From a virus, in IMG/VR virus record IMGVR_UViG_3300027718_000185: a stretch of DNA of 64,000 nucleotides. One strand, given 5' to 3'. Under the pieces are notes generated by a model. The model was not told where the DNA came from. It ran no database searches and was given only the letters and a program-made list of their open reading frames with translations. Positions 48,818-59,365 of the stretch are shown piece by piece. Positions within the stretch are counted from its first letter, which is position 1. Each line of letters begins with the position of its first letter. The translations under genes and the position numbers were made by a program.

Positions 48818-51800
48818 GATTATTTATAAACAGGATCCTTTGTCTGAAGAAAAGACAGTGGAACATGCTCACACAATAGGGCAATGGTTAACTTCCAAAT
48901 ATGAATCTATGCCTGAACATGTCCGTATTTTTCATACATCAAGCAATATGGATCATGCGGAAATTTCATTTGCCAATGAAGTTACACCTAAGAATGCTCA
49001 TGACTTAAAACAGCTAGATTTCTTACCTGGTACTTTCATTGTGATTGAAAACCCGAAAGGTATGCCAGCGCTCATTGCTGCAATCGTTTCTATTGTTTTA
49101 AGTGTGGCTGTTGCATTTTTAATCCCCGCACCGTCAATTGCTCAAACCAATCAGAATAACAACCAATCCTCATCTGCAAATAACGAACTTTCAAATCGTG
49201 AAAATAAGATGAGGGTAAATGGTCGTATTACAGATAACTATGGTGCTGGATGGAATACACCTGATCTGATTGCTGTGCCTTACAAGGTTTATGAAAACAA
49301 TGTTGAAGTTGAGCATATTGTTGGCTGTATTGGTCGTGGCCACTATCAAATTAATGGCGCGTACGATGGTGAAACCAATATTGTTGATATTGCCGGGGCA
49401 TCAGTAGAAGTCTTCCGACCAGGCGTAGATATTGTTTCAGGACAACCTTATTTTTCGATTGGTACCGAAATTACCACACCACCTTTAAGTGTTCAGCATC
49501 AAAACTCAGTGAATGGCCAGATATTACGTCCAGCAGATACTCAAAGCCTAGAAGGTACTAATTATCTTATTTTTGCTTATCCAAACGAGATCCTTCGAGC
49601 AGCTGCAAACAATACCGATTTAACGACTAAATTTGTCAGCAATGACCGTGTTGAAATCACTAATGCTTCATTTACCTATAACGGGCAAACATACGATTTA
49701 AACGGTACTTATAGCGTCTTATCCGTTGCTGATGATCGTATGACGTTATCAAATCCTGCTGCAGTTAATCCAAACTGGTTAAAGCTAAAAGAACTCAGTA
49801 ACCAGCAAACAGGTGCTTTATCTCCAAAGCTTGCATCGATTGGTGAGAAATGGATTGGTCCATTCATCCTGGATAACATTGAACGTAACCGTGTCATTTT
49901 TAACTTTGTAGCCAGTAATGGGCTTTATACGGTATCAGCAGGCGGCAATCAATCAGCTGTAAACGTGACAATTGAAGTTGAGGTCACACCGGTAAATGAA
50001 TCGGGTGCAGCCATTGGCAATCCAATGCTGAAACAGATCATTCTGAAAGGTTCAGCAAAGTCACGGCAGACTATTGGCGCAACGCTAGATATGGTCACAT
50101 TTCAGGGGCGTTGTAGCGTACGTGCACGCCGTTTAACACCTACACCTGCTGTTGAAAGTGTTGTTGATGAGGTGAAGTGGCAAGCACTTTACGGAGCATT
50201 CCCGCTGCAAAGCACAATGTATGAACATGAAACGGTTTTCCGTGCACGTACATATGCAACGACTGGAGCATTGTCGGTTAAATCTCGCAAGATTAATTTT
50301 GATCTTCAGCGGATGTTGCCAACATATAAAAATGGAGCAATGACGACGGAGTTATTTCCTACCTCAAGCTTTGCTGATGCATTGGTGTCGATGGCGCTTG
50401 ATGACAAGATAGGCCGCCGTACGATTGATGAGATTGATATAGAGAATATCTACCGTACCTATAATGATATTGTCGATTACTTCGGTACATCGTTAGCTGC
50501 AGAATTTTGTACTACCATTGATGATACCAATCTCTCCTTTGAGGAGCTGGTCACTAACCTTTGTGATGCTGTGTTTTGTACAGCATACCGGCAAAACAAT
50601 AAGCTCAAGATCTATTTTGAACGGCCAACAGATAACTCGGTGTTGCTGTTTAACTTCAGGAATATCATCCCTGATAGTTATAAGCATGATCTGACCTTCG
50701 GTGTAATGGATGACTACGATGGGTTGATCTATGAGTACACGGATCCGTCCGATGATAGCCGTATTAATATCTACTTGCCGGATAAAGCAGCCAAGAATCC
50801 AAAAGAGGTGAAATCGGTAGGCGTGCGTAATAAGTGGCAAGCGCATTTCAATGCGTACCGGCTTTGGAACAAGCTTCGCTTTCAGCGCAAATCGATCACC
50901 TTTGATGCAGCTCCAGAATCGGAATTACTGGTTTTACGTGATCGCATCGCTGTAGCTGATTATCGAAATGGAATTCATCAAAGTGGTGAGGTGACAAAGC
51001 AAGAAGGCTTAATTCTTACATTGAGTCACGATGTCGATTTCATAGCTGGCAAGAGCTACGTGATTTATTTGCAAATGGGAGATGGTACCGTAGATCTTAT
51101 CCCAGTTACGGCTGGATCTGCCAAGAACAAAGTTGTACTAGGACGCTTACCAAACGCTGCATTAAAGCTAAGTTCTGATGATTTTATGAATACCATCTAC
51201 ACCATAGTTAATGATGATACCAAAGGTTCCTTGCCGTACCTTGTCGCAAAAAAAGATCCGGTAGATCAATTCTCGAATACGATTACTGCAGTGAATTACG
51301 ATGTGCGCTATTACCTTAATGACAAGGACTTTATTGACGTACCAGTTGATGATTCACCGATCTACATTCGATACGATCAGTTAGATATTAACCTTGCGCG
51401 TTTATATCAAATGCAGAGGGGTGATTTGCCAACGACAGGTGAGATTAGTTTTGTGGTTGAGGCAGGGGCATTGGTTTCAAGCTCAAGTTCACTTCGGCCT
51501 GAAACACGTATGGTTTATAAGCATACAAATAACTCAGAAACTAAAGAATTTATCGTACCTGCCGCATCTGAATTACCAGCGATTGATACAGGAATGTTTC
51601 CACCTGATCTAATTGTGAATCTCCTAATCAAAGGCGCAGTTGTTGGGCGTGGTGGTGATGGAGGTCTCCCTCATCTAGCATATGGAGGATTATCTAGTGA
51701 TTCCAATTATACATTTACCAGAACCCGCCGTGATGGATTCCAGGGTGCACCGGGTTTAATGAACCGGCACAGTAAGTTAAACCTGATCATTGATGGAGGA

Positions 51801-52241
51801 ACACTGGCTCGTGGAGGTTCTGGAGGTGGGGCTACACCAAGCGGTATTTACACTGAACTCGGCTATGGAGTGCAGGGCATTCCTGGTGGGGCTGGGGCGC
51901 CGTTTGGCAGGGTTATGACAGGACAGCCTATCTACAATGATACCCAGGACTGGCGGTGGTACTTTATTGACAGTTTCATGGTTGTAAAAGTCACTGATGC
52001 TGAAGCTTCGGTGCTCGGTAAAGGGTATCGAACTCAGAACGATCGATATAGTTCTCCATTATCGGGTGATGGTGGTGGATGGGGACAGCGTGGTACTAAG
52101 TCTACAAATGATGGAACATGGAACTGGCGATATCACGGCACGATTGAAGGACAACCGGGGGCTGGTGGTACCGCAATTGTCGGAGTCGCACCACTCACAA
52201 CTAAACTAATTAATGGAGGAAAAATCTTACAAACCCTTTAA
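48810..52241 (+). CDS. Central tail fibre / host specificity protein (gpJ-like) with Gly-rich C-terminus
   Basis: 1143 aa; NELSNREN..R...RI, GRGGDGG repeats. Confidence 0.82.
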   Translation: MIKIIYKQDPLSEEKTVEHAHTIGQWLTSKYESMPEHVRIFHTSSNMDHAEISFANEVTPKNAHDLKQLDFLPGTFIVIENPKGMPALIAAIVSIVLSVAVAFLIPAPSIAQTNQNNNQSSSANNELSNRENKMRVNGRITDNYGAGWNTPDLIAVPYKVYENNVEVEHIVGCIGRGHYQINGAYDGETNIVDIAGASVEVFRPGVDIVSGQPYFSIGTEITTPPLSVQHQNSVNGQILRPADTQSLEGTNYLIFAYPNEILRAAANNTDLTTKFVSNDRVEITNASFTYNGQTYDLNGTYSVLSVADDRMTLSNPAAVNPNWLKLKELSNQQTGALSPKLASIGEKWIGPFILDNIERNRVIFNFVASNGLYTVSAGGNQSAVNVTIEVEVTPVNESGAAIGNPMLKQIILKGSAKSRQTIGATLDMVTFQGRCSVRARRLTPTPAVESVVDEVKWQALYGAFPLQSTMYEHETVFRARTYATTGALSVKSRKINFDLQRMLPTYKNGAMTTELFPTSSFADALVSMALDDKIGRRTIDEIDIENIYRTYNDIVDYFGTSLAAEFCTTIDDTNLSFEELVTNLCDAVFCTAYRQNNKLKIYFERPTDNSVLLFNFRNIIPDSYKHDLTFGVMDDYDGLIYEYTDPSDDSRINIYLPDKAAKNPKEVKSVGVRNKWQAHFNAYRLWNKLRFQRKSITFDAAPESELLVLRDRIAVADYRNGIHQSGEVTKQEGLILTLSHDVDFIAGKSYVIYLQMGDGTVDLIPVTAGSAKNKVVLGRLPNAALKLSSDDFMNTIYTIVNDDTKGSLPYLVAKKDPVDQFSNTITAVNYDVRYYLNDKDFIDVPVDDSPIYIRYDQLDINLARLYQMQRGDLPTTGEISFVVEAGALVSSSSSLRPETRMVYKHTNNSETKEFIVPAASELPAIDTGMFPPDLIVNLLIKGAVVGRGGDGGLPHLAYGGLSSDSNYTFTRTRRDGFQGAPGLMNRHSKLNLIIDGGTLARGGSGGGATPSGIYTELGYGVQGIPGGAGAPFGRVMTGQPIYNDTQDWRWYFIDSFMVVKVTDAEASVLGKGYRTQNDRYSSPLSGDGGGWGQRGTKSTNDGTWNWRYHGTIEGQPGAGGTAIVGVAPLTTKLINGGKILQTL

Positions 52242-52381
52242 AACTTTGAAAGAACTTAGAGCATCCATGTCGGGTGCTTTTTATTTCATATTTAAGGAGA
52301 CTGAATGATGTAAATATTTATTAATTTGAAACCCAGTGATTTAAAAAGAAAAGTTAAGTTTATTTTAAAAAGGTGAAAGAA

Positions 52382-54025
52382 ATGGAAGCATATGAAAGTG
52401 TTAGTGAGTTATTGAGCATTCAAAATCCTGTAAATGGTCAAACTGTATACTTGAAATCATACTATGCAGGACAAAACCGTGGTGGTGGCCACTTTATTTA
52501 TGATTCAACCAAATCTACCCAAAATGATAGTGGAACTATTTTTAATGGATGGGTGCGGCAAATAGGTTTTGGTGAGTTATACCTTAGTTGGTTTGGTGCA
52601 AAATTTGATGGCTCGGATGATGCAGCTGCTTATCAGGCAGCAATTAATGCTTCAGATAATGAAACTACAATTTTTGCAGATGGTGACTTTACATTTAGTA
52701 CTGTTGATTATGGAAGTAAAGCTGTAAGTCTTCGTGGTGTTCCCTCAATTTCTGCACAAACATTAAAAACAACTATTCGTATAAGTGGAGCAGGAATTAA
52801 GTGTAATACTCAAAAAGTAAAACTTGCGTATATTGATTTTCAATCAACGGGTACTAAAACAGATAATTTAAATATCTGTTTACTTACGAATAGTAAAAAT
52901 AATGGTGCATGGATTCATGTTTTAAATTGTCGAGCATCAGGTTTTTCAGGCCATCTAATTTTTGCTAAAGATCTTATTGATTCAAAAATCAGTGGATTTA
53001 TTCCTAACAGCAATAATATTGTATTTAAGTTTGTAAAAGATAAGTGGGAAAATAATACGACTATTCAACTTGAAAAAGTTTATGCCCAAAATAATACATT
53101 GTTATTTGATGCTGATTACTGTACTCAATCTTCAATGATTGATTGTATTTTTGAGTTCAATACTTCGATGGGGCATATCAATAATGGTGTTTGGACAATA
53201 GTTAATTTATATACAGAGAATAATAGTGCTCCATTAACCGCCACTAATACACGGTTATTAAGAATGTACCATTTTGCACTTACTGCAAATGATACGATTA
53301 ATGTTACGCAGCCTGACCTACTTTATATTGATAAAGGGACTAGCTTATTCACTCCACGTGTAGCTGGAGTTTTTGAATTACAAAAGGAATTTGAGCGTTT
53401 CAAGCGTATTACTCCTTCATTTTCTGGATCTACATGGACCAAATTAGGTACTGCAGCTATAGGCGAGGCTGGAATTTTATGTTTAGAGATCCTTGGGACG
53501 AATAGCTATACTCAAGGAAATCCTTCAGCTTCTTCTGCACTAGGTAAAACAATAGTATTTGCTCAATGCAAAAACAACTCAAATGCCACATATGCAAATA
53601 TACAAGCCACTTGGCATCACGTAGGAAATGGAGCAGGCATTCAAGAGGTACGTTTCGTACAAACATATACCAATAGGTATGTTTATGATGTTTATGTTCT
53701 TCAGTCTGCAAATGCATATATTTCTTGTGCAGCAGAAATTAGTGGTGGTGATGCATTTGTTTGGGATATACAACGCTTAATTCCAAAACCTACAGGTGGT
53801 GGTTCAGGAGATGTAAATACACCAACAATGCTAATTGCATATCCTTATGTCAAGCTTCAAGCAGGTTCTGGATTTATTGGAGTAGATGAATCTGGTAATC
53901 CAATGCTGGGTGGTGTTTCAACTACTTCTGCTATGTCTGGAACAGCCAGTCCCTTACCTGCACAACCAGCAGGATATTTATCGATTAACATCAACGGTAC
54001 TGTTCGGAAAGTTCCATATTATTAA
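52382..54025 (+). CDS. Tailspike / polysaccharide depolymerase-like protein 1
   Basis: GQTVYLKSYYAG...GGGHF...WFGAKFDGSDDAAAYQAAI followed by beta-helix-like Asn/Thr/Ile-rich body. Confidence 0.7.
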   Translation: MEAYESVSELLSIQNPVNGQTVYLKSYYAGQNRGGGHFIYDSTKSTQNDSGTIFNGWVRQIGFGELYLSWFGAKFDGSDDAAAYQAAINASDNETTIFADGDFTFSTVDYGSKAVSLRGVPSISAQTLKTTIRISGAGIKCNTQKVKLAYIDFQSTGTKTDNLNICLLTNSKNNGAWIHVLNCRASGFSGHLIFAKDLIDSKISGFIPNSNNIVFKFVKDKWENNTTIQLEKVYAQNNTLLFDADYCTQSSMIDCIFEFNTSMGHINNGVWTIVNLYTENNSAPLTATNTRLLRMYHFALTANDTINVTQPDLLYIDKGTSLFTPRVAGVFELQKEFERFKRITPSFSGSTWTKLGTAAIGEAGILCLEILGTNSYTQGNPSASSALGKTIVFAQCKNNSNATYANIQATWHHVGNGAGIQEVRFVQTYTNRYVYDVYVLQSANAYISCAAEISGGDAFVWDIQRLIPKPTGGGSGDVNTPTMLIAYPYVKLQAGSGFIGVDESGNPMLGGVSTTSAMSGTASPLPAQPAGYLSININGTVRKVPYY

Positions 54026-54101
54026 TAGTAAACAAAGGCTCTAAGTGAAATATTAGGGCCTTTTTATTTCTTATAAAATTTCTAAATAAATGGTGAGAAA
54101 A

Positions 54102-55862
54102 ATGGCAACAATAAATGCAACAGATGTAATTGATGATTCAGAAAATCAAAAGCAGATTAATGATAAGAATGTTCAAGTTGTTGAGTCAATTGAATTACTT
54201 CGGAATTATATACCAAGAATTAATGGCCAAATTGTTTTGGTAAAGGCTCATACTGCAGGTACAAATAAGGGAGGTGGTAAATTTATATATAAAGAAGAAT
54301 CTTCAGATGTGGATAATAATGGGACAATCATTAAATCTTCAGTAGTTAGTGGAACTTTCTCACGTTTGTATGATTCAAAAGAAGGTTACTTTGAGTGGTT
54401 TGGAGCTCAATGTGATGGTGTCAATGATGACACTAATGCAGTTATCTCTACTCTAAAGGTTTTAAAGAAAGTTCATTTTTCAAATAGAGTTAAGTTAACT
54501 TCACCAATTGATTTGGATCAATTTAAAACAGGTCAAACTGTCGGTATAACAATAAGTGGGGATGGAACGGAAGCATCTTTTTTAGAATTTGATAATTGTA
54601 ATAAGGGTTTTTACTCGAAAACAAATAGCTTCTTTAGAGATTTTAATTTAGAAAATTTCCAAATAGTAAATAAGAATAATAATCAGACTGGACTTGGTGT
54701 CTATATCGGCTCGGGTGGCGCTGAGCAAATTAATTTTAAATCCATTTCTTTTCGTGGTTGGCTAATAGGGCGTTCCTCACATACATGGAACTCTTCATTC
54801 AATAATGAAGTCTTTCGTATATGTAAGTATCCATATGTAATGTATGGCACTTCAACAAACGTCAATAACCCTTATGCTATCCAGTGCTCAGGTCCCTATA
54901 TGATTGGATATTCTTCAGATGCGGAAGGTTTAATTAGCATTCCATCCATCCCATATGCGTATTCATTTTTAAGTGCTCATGCTGCAGATGATTGTGGAGC
55001 AGATGGTGCTATTTTTAAATTTGGCCGTTGTGCTGGACTTACAGCACAGGCAATGGGTGGCGAAAGACCCAAAGGCCAATATATTTTTGATTTCTCAGAA
55101 ATGGTTCCTAGCAGTGTTACCAATGTTGTTGTAGATAATTATGCTATTTACATAACCTCTGCTGATTTAAATCTTTTAGGATTAATAAAGAAACCTGAAG
55201 TTCCATTTGGCAATATTATTTTTAATAATCTTAAGGTAAGTACTGATAAGGAAATTTTTCTAGTTAGTGGAGATGGGAGTGGTGTTACTTTAAATAATCC
55301 TCAGATGGGAAATCGAAATTTTTCTCGTATTACAGAGCTTTCTAGTAAAGGGTTAAAACTTAATAGCTTATCTGTCGGACAGGATAGTCGTGAAAATGGT
55401 GAGGTGGGATATTCGTTAAGTGCTAATGGAATAACTTACTCTCGAGTAAAAAATAGAAAAGGGAAAGTCTTATTAGATCCTAATATTGAGAAGCTTGGCT
55501 TATTCTGCGGTTCCCTTTCAGAAGGGTTGGCACAAGGTAATATGATGGCTGCGATATTAACCGTCTTGCCATTAAATAAGAGCGGGAACAATATAAATGA
55601 GAGGGCAGGTCAAGTGCTGATTAGTTCTGCAATGGACTATAATGCTACAAATATGGATAACCATCTTAAAGTGGTTAAGAATGGTTCATTAACTTCAGCA
55701 ACAATTGTGAAAAGAAATACTGAAAATTTAACTATTTTACAATTCGATATCTTTTTTGAGGTTACTGCAAGTAGTACTCGTTACTTGGTGGATATCGATT
55801 TAACCTTCAATGGGATAGCAAACACGAACGGCTTATCTTGGCAAGTTTTACCAAAACTTTAA
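54102..55862 (+). CDS. Tailspike / polysaccharide depolymerase-like protein 2
   Basis: QKQINDK...GQIVLVKAH..G...GGGKF...WFGAQCDGVNDDT; beta-helix-like body. Confidence 0.72.
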   Translation: MATINATDVIDDSENQKQINDKNVQVVESIELLRNYIPRINGQIVLVKAHTAGTNKGGGKFIYKEESSDVDNNGTIIKSSVVSGTFSRLYDSKEGYFEWFGAQCDGVNDDTNAVISTLKVLKKVHFSNRVKLTSPIDLDQFKTGQTVGITISGDGTEASFLEFDNCNKGFYSKTNSFFRDFNLENFQIVNKNNNQTGLGVYIGSGGAEQINFKSISFRGWLIGRSSHTWNSSFNNEVFRICKYPYVMYGTSTNVNNPYAIQCSGPYMIGYSSDAEGLISIPSIPYAYSFLSAHAADDCGADGAIFKFGRCAGLTAQAMGGERPKGQYIFDFSEMVPSSVTNVVVDNYAIYITSADLNLLGLIKKPEVPFGNIIFNNLKVSTDKEIFLVSGDGSGVTLNNPQMGNRNFSRITELSSKGLKLNSLSVGQDSRENGEVGYSLSANGITYSRVKNRKGKVLLDPNIEKLGLFCGSLSEGLAQGNMMAAILTVLPLNKSGNNINERAGQVLISSAMDYNATNMDNHLKVVKNGSLTSATIVKRNTENLTILQFDIFFEVTASSTRYLVDIDLTFNGIANTNGLSWQVLPKL

Positions 55863-55945
55863 TAACTTATCTTAACTTAACTATAAAAAGCCCTCTGCTT
55901 AACAACTTAGGGCTTTTTTATTGCCTAAATTTTCTGGAGAAATAA

Positions 55946-56335
55946 ATGGAACCAGTTTCCACTAGCGGTTTAACAGCATTACTAAAATTTTATGGGGCGG
56001 CAATTATGGTGACTTTAGCAGTCGCATTAGTTGCAGCAGTTGTTTTAATGACACGTATGCCACGCTCACCTCAAGAATGGGCAGTGGGGCTCATTTGTAC
56101 GGTTGTATCAAGTCTTGCAGGTGGTTCATTCATTATTGTGAAGTGGGGGCTTCATGAATGGATTACAGATATTTGGGGGATGATGGCACTGGGTGGATTT
56201 TTCTTTGTATGTGGTATTCCCGGTTGGGCTTTAGTTCGGTGGACATTTAACTTTATCAATAAGCAAGAAGGTAAGACGATTATTGAAGTAATCAAAGAAG
56301 TTAAGAAAGCCAGAAATGATATCGAAAACAGTTAA
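55946..56335 (+). CDS. Probable holin
   Basis: Three TM helices, charged C-terminus, upstream of endolysin. Confidence 0.68.
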   Translation: MEPVSTSGLTALLKFYGAAIMVTLAVALVAAVVLMTRMPRSPQEWAVGLICTVVSSLAGGSFIIVKWGLHEWITDIWGMMALGGFFFVCGIPGWALVRWTFNFINKQEGKTIIEVIKEVKKARNDIENS

Positions 56336-56706
56336 TGCCGCCTTCGGGCGGTTTTGTTTAGATGTACACGTATAAGAGAGAAATTACCTGTTGACAGTGT
56401 AAGCCTCTGACTACTACTAAATCCTATTGACAACCAATAGTATGAAACGACCACCACGGGGTGGTTTTTCTATTTTTACGGGCAGGAAAATTATGTATGA
56501 GCAGACCGTCAATCAGCAGAAACAATTTTTTAACAAAGTCGGCGGAAGTCCTTCCGCCTGATATTAAAAAACGAAAGTGGGTAAAGTTCGTCTATTAATT
56601 CTATGGGAAGTAAGAAATGTACTTTATTCCAAAAAAGCAAAAACCCCAGTGCGCCAACACTGAGGTTTTGGATTATCTACTTTGAGCAAAGGAGACAATT
56701 ACAAAT

Positions 56707-56883
56707 ATGCCTAATAAAGATACCAGTTTTTCAATTCACATGCTAGGTGCTGAAATGAACGTAATCAATCTAGGGCCGAATGAATTCATCAATTTATTTT
56801 ATGTTTTGGTTGGAGCTTACGCATTATACAAGTTAATAAATTTGCTTATTAAATATGCTGAAAATCGACTGAACCTTAAATAA
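56707..56883 (+). CDS. 58-aa single-TM protein (MPNKDTSF...NRLNLK)
   Basis: Hand-translated; AAGGAGA RBS; hydrophobic FINLFYVLVGAYALYKLINLLI. Confidence 0.55.
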   Translation: MPNKDTSFSIHMLGAEMNVINLGPNEFINLFYVLVGAYALYKLINLLIKYAENRLNLK

Positions 56884-57040
56884 TATGAACAATAAATACA
56901 CATGTTGGGATGTAGGTAAGTCCATTAAGACATTCTCCATCCCCATATTACTATGGAAGCTAGATACCATAATGCTAGCTCTCAAAACCTAAAAACCGAC
57001 CCATTAAAAGGTCGGTTTTTTACATCTCAAGGAAACTGAA

Positions 57041-57583
57041 ATGAACATTGAACAATATCTTGATGAATTAATTAAACGCGAAGGTGGGTATGTAAATAAT
57101 CCAGCTGATCGAGGAGGTGCTACCAAATACGGTATTACTGAAGCAGTAGCACGTGCAAACGGGTTTAAAGGTAACATGCGAGATTTACCACTTGAAACAG
57201 CAAAAGCTATCTATAAAAAGCAGTACTGGACAGCACCACGATTTGACAAGGTGAACTCTGTTTCTTCTACAGTTGCTGAAGAGCTTTTAGATACCGGTGT
57301 AAATTGTGATACCGGCTTTGCAAAACCTCTTTTACAACGTGCTTTAAATTTGCTAAACAACCAAGGTAAAGCAGGATGGCCAGATCTTGTGGTCGATGGA
57401 ATTTATGGTCCGGCTACGTTAAATGCACTTAAAACTTACTTGGCCAAGCGAGGGAAAGATGGGGAGAAAGTTTTACTGCGAGTACTCAACATTATGCAAG
57501 GCCAGCGCTACATTGAAATCTGTGAAAGTAATAAAAGCCAGGAACAATTTTTCTATGGGTGGATTGCTAACCGGATCTCATAG
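57041..57583 (+). CDS. Endolysin, GH108 + PG_binding_3
   Basis: EGGYVNNPADRGGATKYGIT; LLDTGVN; FFYGWIANRI. Confidence 0.92.
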   Translation: MNIEQYLDELIKREGGYVNNPADRGGATKYGITEAVARANGFKGNMRDLPLETAKAIYKKQYWTAPRFDKVNSVSSTVAEELLDTGVNCDTGFAKPLLQRALNLLNNQGKAGWPDLVVDGIYGPATLNALKTYLAKRGKDGEKVLLRVLNIMQGQRYIEICESNKSQEQFFYGWIANRIS

Positions 57584-57584
57584 T

Positions 57585-57716
57585 ATGAAAGTCTTTCATT
57601 GTAAGCGTTCAAAGTTTGGACTGGTTCTAACAGTGCTGTGCATTCTGCCAACAGGATGCACAGCTCATACGATCAATAACAATGTGAATGTGGGTATTTG
57701 TGTTAAAGCCCTTTGA
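57585..57716 (+). CDS. 43-aa putative lipoprotein (spanin-like candidate)
   Basis: MKVFHCKRSKFGLVLTVLCILPTGC-TAHTINNNVNVGICVKAL right after the endolysin. Confidence 0.55.
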   Translation: MKVFHCKRSKFGLVLTVLCILPTGCTAHTINNNVNVGICVKAL

Positions 57717-57722
57717 GTAGGG

Positions 57723-58883
57723 CTAATTTTGTTTAGACAGTAAATTTTTAATTTCGCCTATTGATTTAACTAATTGATCAAAGTTGTTAGTAACTTGCGT
57801 TATGCTCTTTTCATCATTTAAACTAGTTTGATTATCTTCATATCCTTTAAAATAAGATTTAGCTAGATCTACTCTTAATGTTTGCGCTTGTTCTTTAGTT
57901 AGCTCGGCCATATAGTCTGGTAGCGCCGTAAGCTCTAAATAATTTTTTATACAATAAGTTTGCAAAGATACTAATCTAGATCTTTCTTTTATGAGAAAAG
58001 CTAAAAATCCAGTTAATGAGAATATAAATGTCACAAAAAACACATATTTGTGCCAATCATAGTTATTCTTATAAATTATTATATTGAATAAAATTAATGC
58101 TGAAATTACTGAAAAAAGAAAAATAATACTATAAGTATAGTTCGATATACTTTGTTTGTATTTTTCAGCTTCAGTTTTATAAGCCTGAATTAAACTTTCA
58201 TTTTCTTGAAGGCCGAGATTCCCCCTTACTTCTTTTATTTCTGCATTATGTTCTTTTACTTGATTAGAAAATTCAGCTTTATTTAACTCAAGCTCATAAT
58301 CCTTCAAAAATAAATAGAACTCTCGAATGTCACTAGTAGGGATTGTTCTATATGCAATATATTCGTTTTGAATAGCTAGTAATTCTTGAACGATTCTTTC
58401 TTTAACTGTGCTATCAGTTAGGTTATTTATGTATACATCATTTGTCAGTTTAACTAAATTGGATGGATAGTCAGCACTATTCTCAATTAATTCTTTTTCA
58501 ATCATTTCTAAAAGTTTTGTGAAATTTTCTTTTGGTACTTCTTTAAAAGAAAAATTTTGCAATCTTGTATAAGTTAAATTTCTAATTTCATTTAATATAT
58601 CTCTTATCTTTTTTATGTTTTCTTCTTGATCTTCCTCGTGATTTATCGTGAAGTAATTCCTAAAAATATCCCACTTGGTTATTAGCTCTTTTATTGTTTT
58701 GTAGGGTAAAAAGTAACCGCAATTTTGCGTATATTCTATATATATCAAAGCTAGCTTTATGAGTCTTTCTAAGTCTACAAACTTAGGAACACCATAGACG
58801 CTAAGAGCTTGCTCATTTAATCTATCCTTCGCATTCTCTATAATTGAAAAGAGCTTTACTAAATCTTCATTTCTTTTTGACAT
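57723..58883 (-). CDS. Coiled-coil protein with two C-terminal TM helices (moron)
   Basis: Helical N-terminus; hydrophobic IIFLFSVISALILF and VFFVTFIFSLTGFLAFLI. Confidence 0.62.
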   Translation of the reverse strand: MSKRNEDLVKLFSIIENAKDRLNEQALSVYGVPKFVDLERLIKLALIYIEYTQNCGYFLPYKTIKELITKWDIFRNYFTINHEEDQEENIKKIRDILNEIRNLTYTRLQNFSFKEVPKENFTKLLEMIEKELIENSADYPSNLVKLTNDVYINNLTDSTVKERIVQELLAIQNEYIAYRTIPTSDIREFYLFLKDYELELNKAEFSNQVKEHNAEIKEVRGNLGLQENESLIQAYKTEAEKYKQSISNYTYSIIFLFSVISALILFNIIIYKNNYDWHKYVFFVTFIFSLTGFLAFLIKERSRLVSLQTYCIKNYLELTALPDYMAELTKEQAQTLRVDLAKSYFKGYEDNQTSLNDEKSITQVTNNFDQLVKSIGEIKNLLSKQN

Positions 58884-58929
58884 TTTGATAATAACTAAAT
58901 TTAATATTGCTATTAATAATATAGCAATA

Positions 58930-59140
58930 TTAATCTCTTATCACTATTAACCCATCCCATCGAAAAGGATTTCTACTCAATTTATCTCTCGACATCGACC
59001 AAGTTCGATCAGGTATATAACAAGGACCAACACCGAGCTTTTTCTTTCCAAATTTACTATGGATACCATCCATAGCCTGCATCAAGGATTCTTTTTTTCT
59101 CTATGTGCTTAAAGTCGATTAAGAGGTTATATGTATGCAT
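58930..59140 (-). pseudogene. umuC: umuC C-terminal (DUF4113-like) remnant, frameshifted in an A7 run
   Basis: LMQAMDGIHSKFGKKKLGVG...WSMSRDKLSRNP; start frame and domain frame differ by one base at ~59092-59098. Confidence 0.7.
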
Positions 59141-59365
59141 TTATATGCAAAAGTACTAAAGTTGAATCGATCACCATAATGCTGCGCATCTTTTTCTCGG
59201 GTTGTACAGCATTTTTAATGATTCTCGTATGTCTATCTTAACCATTTCCAAACGGTAAAACTTTAATTAGAAATGGTGGAAGTTCTGCCCATAGTAGACT
59301 TTTTTGTTGAGCAAATTATGTTGAAATATCATAATCTCTTTTTTGAAGTAAATTATTGGAATATT

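Noticed and set aside
38968-55862. Diversity-generating retroelement or invertible tail-fibre cassette
   Set aside because: No reverse transcriptase, no invertase, and no template/variable repeat pair or flanking inverted repeats seen
57423-57716. 97-aa ORF as an Rz-like overlapping gene
   Set aside because: The part overlapping the endolysin has no TM or coiled-coil character; only the last 43 codons look genuine
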